This document shows, one piece after another, positions 35,964-46,332 of a DNA stretch of 58,566 nucleotides; within the stretch, counting starts at the first letter, position 1, and each line of letters opens with the position of its first letter. Both the position numbers and the translations under genes were made by a program. Source of the DNA: a virus (lineage: Duplodnaviria > Caudoviricetes); the IMG/VR virus record IMGVR_UViG_3300038312_000195, positions 1 through 58,566 of that record. One strand, 5' to 3'. The notes under the pieces are model-generated. The model was not told where the DNA came from. It saw only the letters and a program-made list of their open reading frames with translations, and ran no database searches.

Positions 35964-37130
35964 TTGGGCTTAATAAGTTGGCTGGTAGATAGATTTGGCG
36001 GCCCGGTCTCTGTAAGTTATAACGGGGACTTGTTTGAGGAGTACGAGGATCTTGTCGGAGATATATACATCCGAGAGTTGGCTTTTTTGTCCGCTGTAAA
36101 CTTGGTTGCAAATGCCGTCAGCAAATGTGAGTTTAAGACATTCACGAAGGGCAAGGAAGAAAAGGGACGCGAGTATTACCTTTGGAACTTGGAGCCAAAC
36201 AAAAACCAAAACTCAAGCGTGTTCATCCATAAGCTAATTTCAAAATTGTATCGGAACAACGAGTGCCTTGTAATTGACCAAAGCGGGCAGTTGCTTGTAG
36301 CGGACAACTTTAATCGAAAGCCATATGCGCTGTATGAAGATGTATTTACCCAGGTGCAGGTAGGTGATTTTACATTTGACCGGAGTTTCGCTCAGTCAGA
36401 GGTTTTATATTTCAATCTGACAGAGAGTGACACGAAAAAGGTAGTTGACGGGCTGTATAATAGCTACTCGAAGCTAATTACATACAGCATGAAAGCGTAC
36501 CAAAAAAGCCGAGGAACAAAAGGGATATTTCAGTATGACACCTTGCCGGTTGCCGGGACACCTGAAAGGGATGCTTTTGACAAGCTAATTAACGAAAAAA
36601 TTAAAAAGTGGTTGGATGGCGACAGCGCAGCCCTGCCTTTAGGTAGAGGGCAAGAGTGGAAAGAGCTCGAAAAAAAGACGTATTCATCGGAGAGCACCCG
36701 CGATATAAAGGCACTGGTTGATGATATATCAGACTTCACTGCCAGAGCTTTTGGCATTCCCCCGGCCTTGCTTCGAGGAGATGTTCAGGACACATCAAAA
36801 GCTGTAGACCAGTTGCTTACGTTTTGCATCGATTCTCTTGTGGATATGATACAAGAAGAAATCAACCGCAAACGGAATGGATATGCAGGGTTTAGCCAGG
36901 GAACATACTTGAAAATTGACACCAAGACCATGAAGCACGTTGATCTGTTGAGTGTATCCACAGCGATAGACAAATTGATTTCTTCCGGAGCGTTTTGTGT
37001 GAATGACATCCGTGAGTTAGTTGGTGAACCGGTTATTGAAGAAGATTGGGCCAATGAACACTTTATAACTCGAAACTATATGCCTTTTGAAGAAGCATTG
37101 AAGGCCTTAAAAGGAGGTGAGACAGATTGA
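35964..37130 (+). CDS. Portal protein (HK97 family)
   Basis: EPNKNQNS, ARAFGIPP, NDIRE..G motifs. Confidence 0.92.
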   Translation: MGLISWLVDRFGGPVSVSYNGDLFEEYEDLVGDIYIRELAFLSAVNLVANAVSKCEFKTFTKGKEEKGREYYLWNLEPNKNQNSSVFIHKLISKLYRNNECLVIDQSGQLLVADNFNRKPYALYEDVFTQVQVGDFTFDRSFAQSEVLYFNLTESDTKKVVDGLYNSYSKLITYSMKAYQKSRGTKGIFQYDTLPVAGTPERDAFDKLINEKIKKWLDGDSAALPLGRGQEWKELEKKTYSSESTRDIKALVDDISDFTARAFGIPPALLRGDVQDTSKAVDQLLTFCIDSLVDMIQEEINRKRNGYAGFSQGTYLKIDTKTMKHVDLLSVSTAIDKLISSGAFCVNDIRELVGEPVIEEDWANEHFITRNYMPFEEALKALKGGETD

Positions 37131-37909
37131 ATAAATACTATGCACTTGAAACGAATGGTAATGAAGCGGACATATACATCTTTGGTGATATAACCTCTTG
37201 GGAATGGTTAGACAGCGATGTATCCAGCTATACCTTATCGAAGGAACTGAATGAACTCGACACCAAGGTTGAAACAATCAATGTCCACATCAATTCATAT
37301 GGCGGAGAAGTTGCGGAAGGTTTGGCCATCTACAATATGCTTCGGAACCACAAAGCAAAAGTAAGGACTTACTGTGATGGTTTTGCTTGTAGCATAGCGT
37401 CCGTTATCTTTATGGCTGGGGATGAGCGGATCATGAATAATTCGTCTTTGCTGATGATTCACAATGCATGGATGTACACGGCTGGAAACGCAGCACAGCT
37501 CAGAAAGGATGCGGATGATCTGGATGTAATTACCCAGGCATCCATAGAGGCTTACAAGAGTTGTGTAAACATTACCGAAGACGAACTGAAAGAAATACTT
37601 GACGCTGAAACATGGGTGCTTCCAAATGATGCCCTTGAAAAAGGATTTGCTACATCTATAATTGGAGAAGCGGCTACAGAAAAAGCAGCCGCCAGCGCAA
37701 GGAAATCCTTATTTGCCTTGGTTAGCCAAAGGCAGACAGAACAAACACTGGCTCCGGTTTTAGAATCGACCGAAATTGACGTCGATGCACTTGCGGGAAA
37801 ACTGTATGAACGGATTACTGCAGAGATAAAAAAACAAGGCGAACCAGAATCACCAAAGGAAAATAAAACAATCAATTTTTTTAACGCCATAATTGGCAGA
37901 AAGGAATGA
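37127..37909 (+). CDS. ClpP-like head maturation protease
   Basis: INSYGGEV, ACSIASVI, LMIHNAW, AETW. Confidence 0.92.
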   Translation: MNKYYALETNGNEADIYIFGDITSWEWLDSDVSSYTLSKELNELDTKVETINVHINSYGGEVAEGLAIYNMLRNHKAKVRTYCDGFACSIASVIFMAGDERIMNNSSLLMIHNAWMYTAGNAAQLRKDADDLDVITQASIEAYKSCVNITEDELKEILDAETWVLPNDALEKGFATSIIGEAATEKAAASARKSLFALVSQRQTEQTLAPVLESTEIDVDALAGKLYERITAEIKKQGEPESPKENKTINFFNAIIGRKE

Positions 37910-37913
37910 TAAT

Positions 37914-39455
37914 ATGAAAAACCGAATCAAAGTAAATTTGCAGCACTTTGCAATGAAAAATCTTGACACCCTTCAGCAGCAGAAGGCTGACATTGCAAAC
38001 AAGATGAACCAGGCAATGAAAGACAATGATGAAGAAGCCTTCGCTTCAGCTTTTGAAGAATATACAAACATTCTTCAGGAGGCGGTCTTGGCAGAAGCGA
38101 AAGGACTTGTACAGTCCGCAGACAATACGATACTGGCAGGAAGAGGAACAAGGGTTCTTACTTCCCAGGAAACTAAATATTACGAACAAGTTATTGAGGC
38201 AATGAAGTCAAGTAATCCACAGCAAGCATTGACTTTGATTGATGAAACACTTCCAACAACCGTCATAGATGCGGTATTCGAGGACGTCACCGAAGCACAC
38301 CCGCTTCTGTCGGCAATCAACTTCCAAAACACCGGTATTCTGACGGAGATTCTTGTTTCTACGCAGGACGGGCAACATCTTGCGACCTGGCAGAAGTTGT
38401 GTGACGATATTGCTAAACAGCTGACCGCAGGGACTGCTGTGATCAAACTTGCACAGAACAAGCTTTCGGCCTTTATCCCGATCTGCAAGGCAATGTTGGA
38501 AATTGGCCCTGTGTGGATTGACCGATATGTAAGGACCATCCTTGCAGAGGCTATCGCCAACGGGCTTGAAAAGGCTATCATCATCGGAACTGGCGTCAAT
38601 GAACCGGTCGGCATGACCAAAGACCCGAACGGCGTATTCCATGCGCAGAACGGTTACCCCGATCTTGTAGCAGTACCGTTGAATGAAATCACACCTGAAA
38701 CATACGGTGGCATTCTTGCATCTCTGGCGGTTAGCCCGAACGGTTTACAGCGCAACGTCGGAGAAGTGCTGTTTATTTGTAACCCGGTGGATTACTACAC
38801 AAAAGTTATGCCTGCCGTGATGTATCGTCTGCCTGATGGCACGTGGGCGAATCGCTTCCCGCATCCGACCAATATCATCCAGTCCGTTTATGTTCCTGCC
38901 AACAAAGCCGTCATCGGTATCGGTAAAAGGTACTTCTTCGGACTTGGCACCAGCAAGGGCGGTAAGATAGAGTATTCCGACCATTACAAATTCATTGAGG
39001 ATGATCGGTATTATTTGACAAAGCTCTACGGTGACGGAAAGCCATTAGACAGTACCTCGTTTAAGGTTGTGGATATTACCGCCATCCGTCCGGCTGCTCC
39101 GATTGTTAGAGTCGCTGATTATGTCGATGCTCGTTTGTCTGCTATGACCTTGACGGATGAGCTGACCGCTCCTGTAAACTTTGGCGTATTCAATGAAAAT
39201 ATCCACGCCTACTCTGCTGCAATCGCTGACGAGGAGGTCGCAGGTGATAACAACGTAGCATCTTTGACCGTAACCGCTAACGACCAGAACGCTGTAATCG
39301 TGGTTAAGAATGGCGCCAATGTCGTTACCGCTGCCAATGACGCATACGCACTGACGCTGGCTGCTGGTGCTAACGTAATCACCATTACTTCCACCGTTGA
39401 TTCCGTTGAGCAGGAAGCATATGTTCTCGTAATTACCTACACGCCGATTACCTAA
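37914..39455 (+). CDS. Major capsid protein with N-terminal NLQHFA motif and C-terminal Ig/cadherin-like domain
   Basis: HK97-fold motifs (GTG.NEP.G, YGDGKP.D); beta-rich C-terminal extension. Confidence 0.92.
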   Translation: MKNRIKVNLQHFAMKNLDTLQQQKADIANKMNQAMKDNDEEAFASAFEEYTNILQEAVLAEAKGLVQSADNTILAGRGTRVLTSQETKYYEQVIEAMKSSNPQQALTLIDETLPTTVIDAVFEDVTEAHPLLSAINFQNTGILTEILVSTQDGQHLATWQKLCDDIAKQLTAGTAVIKLAQNKLSAFIPICKAMLEIGPVWIDRYVRTILAEAIANGLEKAIIIGTGVNEPVGMTKDPNGVFHAQNGYPDLVAVPLNEITPETYGGILASLAVSPNGLQRNVGEVLFICNPVDYYTKVMPAVMYRLPDGTWANRFPHPTNIIQSVYVPANKAVIGIGKRYFFGLGTSKGGKIEYSDHYKFIEDDRYYLTKLYGDGKPLDSTSFKVVDITAIRPAAPIVRVADYVDARLSAMTLTDELTAPVNFGVFNENIHAYSAAIADEEVAGDNNVASLTVTANDQNAVIVVKNGANVVTAANDAYALTLAAGANVITITSTVDSVEQEAYVLVITYTPIT

Positions 39456-39466
39456 GGTGGTGCAAT

Positions 39467-39685
39467 ATGAGAGTTAAAGTTATAATGCCTTTCAAGGACA
39501 AGTATAAAAAGGTTGTCTATCAGAAAGGACAGGAAATAGAAGTAACCAACGAGCGGTTTGAGGAATTAACCTCAGCCGCTCCTTTTGTTAAGGCGATCAG
39601 TAAACCAGAGGAACCCAAAAAACCAGCACCCCAAAAACCCACAACAAAGAAAACCACAACGAAGAAATCTACAAAGAAAAAGTAG
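39467..39685 (+). CDS. Small capsid-associated protein
   Basis: VKVIMPFKDK..G.EIEV..ERFEEL; Lys/Thr-rich tail. Confidence 0.7.
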   Translation: MRVKVIMPFKDKYKKVVYQKGQEIEVTNERFEELTSAAPFVKAISKPEEPKKPAPQKPTTKKTTTKKSTKKK

Positions 39686-39693
39686 GTGATTAG

Positions 39694-40224
39694 ATGCTGC
39701 CGGAAGGTTTGTTAGATGACATAAAAACATACTTGAATGTTGAAGGTGATGAAGAGGACGCTATCCTGACCGGAATAATCAATGGCGGCATTGAGTTTAT
39801 CGACGGTGTGTCGGGGATGAAGTTGACATATTCGGAAACCGGCAGGCCTCGTGATATGCTCTTTGATTATTGTGAACAGGCGTACATTGCGGAGCTTGAT
39901 GAAGATGAATTTAAAGCAAAGTACACCGATGAGATCCTTCTGGTTGCCGTCAAAAACTACCTTGACATCACATGGCATGACCCCGCAGGCGACAATAAGC
40001 TTTTTGGCATCATTGCCCGTGGAATTAAGTACATCGATGGAGTTGCCGGCGCTGAGATGGACTACACTGTAGAGGATAAACCGCGTGAACTGCTGTTTGA
40101 CTACTGCCGGTATGCTAGGTCAAACGCACTAAATGAATTCCAGACAAATTATCTGCCCGAACTCCTGACATTGCAGATATCTCAGGAGGTGAAATCTTAT
40201 GCCGCAGAAAACGCAGACGTTTAA
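39694..40224 (+). CDS. Head-tail adaptor (gp6-like) with internal tandem duplication
   Basis: Two repeats K.YL...D..L.GII..GI..IDGV.G....Y.....PR..LFDYC. Confidence 0.8.
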   Translation: MLPEGLLDDIKTYLNVEGDEEDAILTGIINGGIEFIDGVSGMKLTYSETGRPRDMLFDYCEQAYIAELDEDEFKAKYTDEILLVAVKNYLDITWHDPAGDNKLFGIIARGIKYIDGVAGAEMDYTVEDKPRELLFDYCRYARSNALNEFQTNYLPELLTLQISQEVKSYAAENADV

Positions 40225-40552
40225 TGACGGTGTAGCCAGTATCTACTCTGTGGAAAACATTGCTTCTCCTGGGGGAATGCCCAAAGAAGCATTAACAATA
40301 AAGGCTGCAAATGTCAGATATAAAGAACGCACAGTTGGCATGTCAAGATTCTGGGCAGCAAAGCAGACTAACGCGAAGATTGGCAGACTGCTACGGATGC
40401 CCAAACTTAACAGCGTATCAACACAGGATGTAGTTATACCGATTGATGGGAAACAGTATAAAATATTGCAGGTACAATATCCAGAGGACGTATATCCTCC
40501 TGTAATGGATTTGTCTTTAGAAAGGTTGGATGCTAGCTATGACATTACATGA
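40199..40552 (+). CDS. Head closure protein
   Basis: QTFNDG, IDGKQYKI.QVQ, DLSLE; gene order. Confidence 0.75.
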   Translation: MPQKTQTFNDGVASIYSVENIASPGGMPKEALTIKAANVRYKERTVGMSRFWAAKQTNAKIGRLLRMPKLNSVSTQDVVIPIDGKQYKILQVQYPEDVYPPVMDLSLERLDASYDIT

Positions 40553-40856
40553 TTTGCAGGATTTACTTCAAACAATTGGTGTACCTGTTCATCATTTTAA
40601 TGCTGCCAACGAAGCGGGTAACTACATCGTTTGGGCAGAGGATGGAGAGGGTGCATCCGGTCATGCTGACGGGAAGAAAACCACACAAGTTATTCAGGGT
40701 ACAATTGATTACTTTACGAAGGATGAGTTTGATCCGGTTGTGGAGCAGATTCAGGAAAAATTGAACGAATCTGATATAGCTTGGCAGTTGAACTCTATTC
40801 AGCATGAACGAGATACAGGATATATACATTACGAGTGGGTCTGGGAGATGGTGTAA
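40539..40856 (+). CDS. Tail terminator-like protein
   Basis: YIVWAEDGE, IDYFTK.EFDP, E.DTGYIHYEW; gene order. Confidence 0.75.
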   Translation: MTLHDLQDLLQTIGVPVHHFNAANEAGNYIVWAEDGEGASGHADGKKTTQVIQGTIDYFTKDEFDPVVEQIQEKLNESDIAWQLNSIQHERDTGYIHYEWVWEMV

Positions 40857-40858
40857 TA

Positions 40859-41290
40859 ATGGCAAAGATGCAATCCATATATGGATTTACAGAACTTGAA
40901 AAACAATTGTCGTCACTTGGTAGTCAATCAAAAGAAATAGGTAAAAAAGCAGTACGTGAAGGTGCGGGAATACTTGCTGACCAAGTAAGGTCAAACTTAA
41001 TGAAAAATCTTACAGGTTCTAAATACTCAACCGGCGACTTAGAAGAATCGCTTGGAGTAACACCAGCTGATGTTGATAAAAATGGCGTGATAAACTCTAA
41101 AGTCGGATTTCATGGATACGATCGCAAAGGGGTACCCAATGCCATAAAAGCAAGGGCAATGGAATCTGGAACAAGTACGCAGAGGAAAAAACCTTTCATA
41201 AGACCTGCAATAAATAAGGTTAAGCAAAAGGTTGAAAAAGCAATGGAAGAAATCATTGATAATGAAATCAATAAAGTAGTAAAGGAGTGA
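40859..41290 (+). CDS. HK97 gp10-like tail completion protein (phage Y)
   Basis: MESGTS..KKPFIRPA; paralog of 83..511. Confidence 0.85.
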   Translation: MAKMQSIYGFTELEKQLSSLGSQSKEIGKKAVREGAGILADQVRSNLMKNLTGSKYSTGDLEESLGVTPADVDKNGVINSKVGFHGYDRKGVPNAIKARAMESGTSTQRKKPFIRPAINKVKQKVEKAMEEIIDNEINKVVKE

Positions 41291-41296
41291 TAACTA

Positions 41297-42163
41297 TTGG
41301 CACAATTTGACTTGAAATACCCGATGTATGCTCCACTCACGGAAGATGAAGCGTCTCGTACTTTTGAATACGGTGACGGAAAGGTTGCAGCAAAAGCAAT
41401 CCGTGTGGATATGAACTTGAATATTTCTGATTCTCCGCTTTATGCCGATGGCGAAATTGCTGAGCGGCTGAGAGAGTTCATCGATGGAACAATGGCGTTC
41501 ACGCCGGACGACTTGCCTCCGGAAACTCGGGGAGACTGGCTCGGAAATCAAACGGAAGAAGAAACAATCGGAGATGAAACTGTTGAAGTGCTAGACAGCA
41601 GTGCTGATGATCTTCCGGGGTATTTTGGCTTTGGGTATATAATCCCAAAAGTGAAAAACAAGATCCGGCAGTATCGTGCTATATTTTTCCCTAAAGTGCA
41701 ATTTGGGGAGCCAAATGAAACCGCTGAGACAAAAGGCGCAAGCCTCACCTGGCAAACACCAGCGATTGAAGGAAAGATAATGCGTAGGATAGACGGGAAA
41801 TGGAAGCGCGAAATAACGGTTACTTCTCTTGATACTGCGCTTAATTGGCTCAGAGATAAACTGAACGTACCAAAACCTGAGGATGCACACTTAACCTCTT
41901 TGACGCTCGGTACTCTTGTGCTATCTCCTGCATTTGATGGAGCGGTAAAATCGTATTCTACAACGACATCGACTGCCACTGCAGTTATTACGGCAGTTGC
42001 GGTAAAGACCGGATCAACTATAGCAATTAAGGTAGGAGAGACAACGGTAACAAATGGTGAATCAGCAACATTTACAGAGGGTGATAACACTGTTGAAATT
42101 ACCGTTACGTACAAATCTGTATCCGCAAAATACACAGTAACTGTCACATATTCGACTGAGTAA
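41297..42163 (+). CDS. Major tail protein (phi13 family) with C-terminal cadherin-like domain
   Basis: LYADG..AE, FPKVQF..P...AETKG; LSPAFD....SY Ig motif. Confidence 0.85.
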   Translation: MAQFDLKYPMYAPLTEDEASRTFEYGDGKVAAKAIRVDMNLNISDSPLYADGEIAERLREFIDGTMAFTPDDLPPETRGDWLGNQTEEETIGDETVEVLDSSADDLPGYFGFGYIIPKVKNKIRQYRAIFFPKVQFGEPNETAETKGASLTWQTPAIEGKIMRRIDGKWKREITVTSLDTALNWLRDKLNVPKPEDAHLTSLTLGTLVLSPAFDGAVKSYSTTTSTATAVITAVAVKTGSTIAIKVGETTVTNGESATFTEGDNTVEITVTYKSVSAKYTVTVTYSTE

Positions 42164-42213
42164 TAATCTTATTTAAGGAGGTGATGGGCAGGGTAAAACC
42201 TGCCCTTTGTGTT

Positions 42214-42636
42214 ATGAAAAAATATGGAGTTCCAATTATATTATACAAAAGAAAAGATGAAAACATTATACCTATTGAAGGGGAATTGATTTTTAATCTG
42301 AATGTACTTGAAGAATGTGTTGATAAATACAACAAAATGGACGACATCCTGAACGCTTTTTCCAACATAAAAGCAGCAAAGGTAATTGGTACGTTAATGT
42401 GGAATGAAGCTGCCGAGATTTGGAATGAGGAACACGAAGAAAAAAGACCTAGGATTTCAGAAAAACAACTGGGAAGAATGCTTGATACTATTGAAAAAAT
42501 CAATGAGTTTCAACAGAAGGTAAGACAGGCAATGCTCTCTGGGCTTCCACAAGGCCAGGTTGAACAGGTGGAGGAATTGGAAAAAAACTTGATAGCTGCG
42601 CAGAGTTCGAAGATGAAGAAAGACAGCCAGAGATAA
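42214..42636 (+). CDS. Tail assembly chaperone (phage Y)
   Basis: FNLNVLEE motif; slippery A AAA AAC at 42582-42588. Confidence 0.75.
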   Translation: MKKYGVPIILYKRKDENIIPIEGELIFNLNVLEECVDKYNKMDDILNAFSNIKAAKVIGTLMWNEAAEIWNEEHEEKRPRISEKQLGRMLDTIEKINEFQQKVRQAMLSGLPQGQVEQVEELEKNLIAAQSSKMKKDSQR

Positions 42637-42812
42637 ACTTTACGCAGCTCATTGTGATAGGTGTTACTATTCTGGGGTTCCCCGAAAAAGCGGTATGGAG
42701 AAAGACACTAAGGGAGCTTCTGGAGCTACACACCGAATATAAAATTTTAACGGGGCTTGAAAAAAGGTATTCCAGCCCGGATGACATTATACCGGGGGAG
42801 GATGTGATATAA
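42582..42812 (+). CDS. gpGT-like -1 frameshift extension (not in track)
   Basis: Open -1 frame ...LGFPEKAVWRKTLRELLELH...EDVI stop, ending 1 bp before the tape measure ATG. Confidence 0.7.
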   Translation, partial: KKLDSCAEFEDEERQPEINFTQLIVIGVTILGFPEKAVWRKTLRELLELHTEYKILTGLEKRYSSPDDIIPGEDVI

Positions 42813-42813
42813 G

Positions 42814-44535
42814 ATGGCAACAAAAATTGGCGCAAAAGTAGAGCTTGCAGGGGAGCGGGAGTTTAGAAAAGCACTCTCAGATATAAATACAGGGCTAAGG
42901 ACAACAGCATCTGAATTGACGCTTGTATCTGCAAAGTATTCAGATAATGCAAATTCTGTATCGGCACTGACCGCTAAAAGCACAGCACTACAGGCAAAGC
43001 TAGAGCAGCAGACTGGGAAAGTTTCCACATTGCGAGGTGCATTAGAAAATGCAAAAAGAGAGTACGGCGAAACAGATATAAAAACATTGAAATGGCAACA
43101 AAGTCTTAATCTTGCAGAAACTGAACTTATAAAAACTGAAAAAGAAATAAAAGATAATTCTGAAGCTTTACAACAAGCACAAAAGGATATGAAGCAATAC
43201 GGCTTAACTACAGATGAGGTAGCAGATAAATCTAGTGGCTTTGGCAATATTATAGCAGACCTTGCGGGTAAAATCGGGATTAAATTAACACCTGAAGTCG
43301 AAGAGTCCGTCCGATCCCTTGGTAGTCAAATGACTGCTGCTGAAAAATCAAAAATAACAACAGCGGCATTGGCAACTGTAGTAGTAGGGTTAGCTGTTGG
43401 TTTTGGCAAATTAACAATAAAGACAGCACAAGCTGCAGATGAGATATTAACAATGGCAACAACAACAGGACTTACCACAGATACGATACAGGAGTTAAAC
43501 TATGCAAGTGAACTTCTGGATGTTTCAACTGAAACTATTACGGGATCAATGACAAAAATGATTAAAAACATGAACAATGCCCGGATGGGAAGTAAGCAAT
43601 CAGAAGAAGCATTCAAGGCTTTGCGCATCCGCATTAAAGAATCTAATGGAGAACTAAGAGATGCTGAAACGGTATTTGGTGAGACTATAGATAAGCTTGG
43701 TAGAATAAGAAACGAAACCGAACGTGATGCAGTAGCTATGCAGATATTCGGGCGTTCAGCACGTGAATTAACTCCACTCATTGAGGCAGGTAGTGGATCT
43801 TTAAAAGCGTTTGCAGCTGAAGCACATGAGATGGGATATATTATGTCGGGCGATACGCTGGAATCTTTTGGTGCGCTGGATGATGCTATGCAGAGATTCA
43901 ATAACCAGACGGAAGCTTTTAAAAATAGTATTGCAGTAGTTTTATTGCCTGTCATAACAAGCTTTTTTGAATTACTTAATAAGATAGATCCAAAGGTCCT
44001 GGCGACCGTTGCTGTGGTTGCATCTGTTGCTGTAACAGCTATAACAGTAGTAAAAGCTATTAAAAATGTTACGGATACATTTAAGGTAATGGATGCTGCT
44101 GCTTGGAAGACTACAGGTATAGTAATTGGTGTGACTGCTGCATTAATTGCCCTTGTGGCTATAATTGGTGTACTGGCCGGAAAAGGCGGCGAAATGGAAA
44201 AGGCTATGGCATCAATAGGAAAAGGTGTCGGAGATATAACTAATACCGTGAACACTGCTCCAGAACGCTTGCAACGGGTAGGGAGAAATGCTCTTGGAAC
44301 GAGTAACTGGCGCGGGGGCTTGACTTGGGTCGGTGAAGAAGGACCTGAGCTTGTAGAACTACCTGCAGGTGCAAAAGTATATGACAATAGAAGGTCAACG
44401 CAAATGGTACAACAGCGATCTACTGGTAACACATACAACATAAACGTAACTATCCCTGCAAAGGATTTAACTGAAATGAAGAATATAAATGACTTTTTCA
44501 ACAGAATACAGCCAACAGCAAGATCAATGGCGTAA
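42814..44535 (+). CDS. Tape measure protein (phage Y)
   Basis: IGAKVELAGEREF N-terminus; WVGEEGPELV C-terminus. Confidence 0.9.
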   Translation: MATKIGAKVELAGEREFRKALSDINTGLRTTASELTLVSAKYSDNANSVSALTAKSTALQAKLEQQTGKVSTLRGALENAKREYGETDIKTLKWQQSLNLAETELIKTEKEIKDNSEALQQAQKDMKQYGLTTDEVADKSSGFGNIIADLAGKIGIKLTPEVEESVRSLGSQMTAAEKSKITTAALATVVVGLAVGFGKLTIKTAQAADEILTMATTTGLTTDTIQELNYASELLDVSTETITGSMTKMIKNMNNARMGSKQSEEAFKALRIRIKESNGELRDAETVFGETIDKLGRIRNETERDAVAMQIFGRSARELTPLIEAGSGSLKAFAAEAHEMGYIMSGDTLESFGALDDAMQRFNNQTEAFKNSIAVVLLPVITSFFELLNKIDPKVLATVAVVASVAVTAITVVKAIKNVTDTFKVMDAAAWKTTGIVIGVTAALIALVAIIGVLAGKGGEMEKAMASIGKGVGDITNTVNTAPERLQRVGRNALGTSNWRGGLTWVGEEGPELVELPAGAKVYDNRRSTQMVQQRSTGNTYNINVTIPAKDLTEMKNINDFFNRIQPTARSMA

Positions 44536-44547
44536 GGGGGTGGATAA

Positions 44548-46332
44548 ATGCCAATAGTAACGATACAACCAAAACCGTCAGAACTAAAAATAGCAAATTG
44601 TAAAAAAATAAACGGTGTTATCGAATCATTTTTTATTGATTATTGTTTTGTTGGTGCATGGTTTAAGTCCGAGGTACCAACAATAAATGAATCCTTTATA
44701 AGATTTGACATTATGAAATATATACCAGAAAATGTTGCTGTCAAAAAAGCAACGATGATGCTATACCCAAATAGTAGTAGTGGGATGGAGATACCAAACA
44801 ATAGCGTTGATGGTATACACACTGTCGCAGTATATGAGTTAACTAGCCACTTTGCGGATGGTGGAGTTGTGGATACAGCGTCATATCCGTCATACAATTC
44901 AACGATTATTGATCAAAAAGAATTTCCTGAAAGTACGTGGTTTGAATTTGATATATCGTCCACTGTGCAAAAAATAGTAAATGGTGAACAAGAAAATTTT
45001 GGATTTACTTTAAAGCCCCTACCGCTAAGTGTACCTGTAGGATCAAACTTTTTTTATAAGTATAATGGTAAACAAAGTGGAACGATTCCTCAAGAGTTAT
45101 GTGCAAAAATTGTAATTGAATATACGGACGCTTTGATTACTCCAAACAACCTATATCCGGAAAATGTTAAATATAAAAAAGATGAAGAGATTACTTTTTT
45201 TTGGAATTTCAACGGTTATAATATCTCAGATCGTCAAAAATCTTTTGAGTTGCAATATAAAATTAATACAGGTGATTGGGTAATTGTAACGCAAACAACC
45301 AATAATCAATATTACACATTTGCAGTTAATACATTTACAGCAGGTACGATAACATGGAGAGTAAAAACTACAGATAACAATAATACAACATCGTTGTATA
45401 GTAATGAGTCTACTTTTACGGTTGTTAATCCACCTGTAAAGCCTACAATAACCAATGATGCTACTGTAACAACAGCAAAACCAACAATTACTTGGACATC
45501 TACCAATCAAAAGGGGTATCATATAAAAATTATAGATGATGAAAACAATGTAATTTGGCAAGATAATAATGAGAATAGTACAGCTAAAAGTAAGGCAATT
45601 GATATTATTTTGGAAAACACTAAAACATATACAATCGAACTAAAAATAATTGATAGCAACGGATTTTGGAGCGAAGCAGAAGCAAAAATCATTAATATTA
45701 TAGTTAATGTACCTAGTAAACCTAAAATAGTACCGAATACAATAGATGCTATAGCGGGGGTTTTATCTTTTAGCATAAACAGAGATGCTGATGTTGTTTT
45801 TTATGATGTGTATAGGGATGATGTAAGGATAGCATCTCTGCAGACAAACGATGCATTTTTAGACTACACGTGTATTTCTGATCATCAGCATATATATTTT
45901 GTTAGAGGATATAATTCTCAATATGGCTTTACTGATTCATTATCTGTAGTACGCACCATAAACATAAAAAACATGATTCTTTCAAGAGTATTAGATTATA
46001 AGGATTATACTGTTTTAAAATATAATCCTGGAAAGGATAATAGCTATAGAGTTGAAAGAGAATTGATGACCTTTGCAGGGCGAGCGGATCCAGTTCCGGA
46101 ATTTGGAGAACACGAGCACGATGAAATAAAAATAAGCTGTTTTGTTAAAAAACTTGATGATGCATTAGAAGTTAAAAACATGGTTTCGAGAAAAGAAACG
46201 ATGTTGTATAGAGATAGTAAAGGGCGAAAAATGTTTGGAACGGTTGGGCAGTTAAATATATCTGAGGATATGAGAGGTAAAATAAATATCGATTTTACTT
46301 TTACAAAAGCGTCTTATAACGAGGTGATTTAA
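44548..46332 (+). CDS. Distal tail/baseplate protein with DNRLRE-like and FN3-like domains
   Basis: FIRFDI...KKATM.LY, EFDISS.VQ; WRVKT; LYRD.KGR C-terminus. Confidence 0.6.
   Translation: MPIVTIQPKPSELKIANCKKINGVIESFFIDYCFVGAWFKSEVPTINESFIRFDIMKYIPENVAVKKATMMLYPNSSSGMEIPNNSVDGIHTVAVYELTSHFADGGVVDTASYPSYNSTIIDQKEFPESTWFEFDISSTVQKIVNGEQENFGFTLKPLPLSVPVGSNFFYKYNGKQSGTIPQELCAKIVIEYTDALITPNNLYPENVKYKKDEEITFFWNFNGYNISDRQKSFELQYKINTGDWVIVTQTTNNQYYTFAVNTFTAGTITWRVKTTDNNNTTSLYSNESTFTVVNPPVKPTITNDATVTTAKPTITWTSTNQKGYHIKIIDDENNVIWQDNNENSTAKSKAIDIILENTKTYTIELKIIDSNGFWSEAEAKIINIIVNVPSKPKIVPNTIDAIAGVLSFSINRDADVVFYDVYRDDVRIASLQTNDAFLDYTCISDHQHIYFVRGYNSQYGFTDSLSVVRTINIKNMILSRVLDYKDYTVLKYNPGKDNSYRVERELMTFAGRADPVPEFGEHEHDEIKISCFVKKLDDALEVKNMVSRKETMLYRDSKGRKMFGTVGQLNISEDMRGKINIDFTFTKASYNEVI

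Noticed and set aside
43500-44501. Long antisense ORFs (also 974..1522, 4807..5412, 41548..42147)
   Set aside because: Shadows of well-supported structural genes on the opposite strand, without RBS or motifs.
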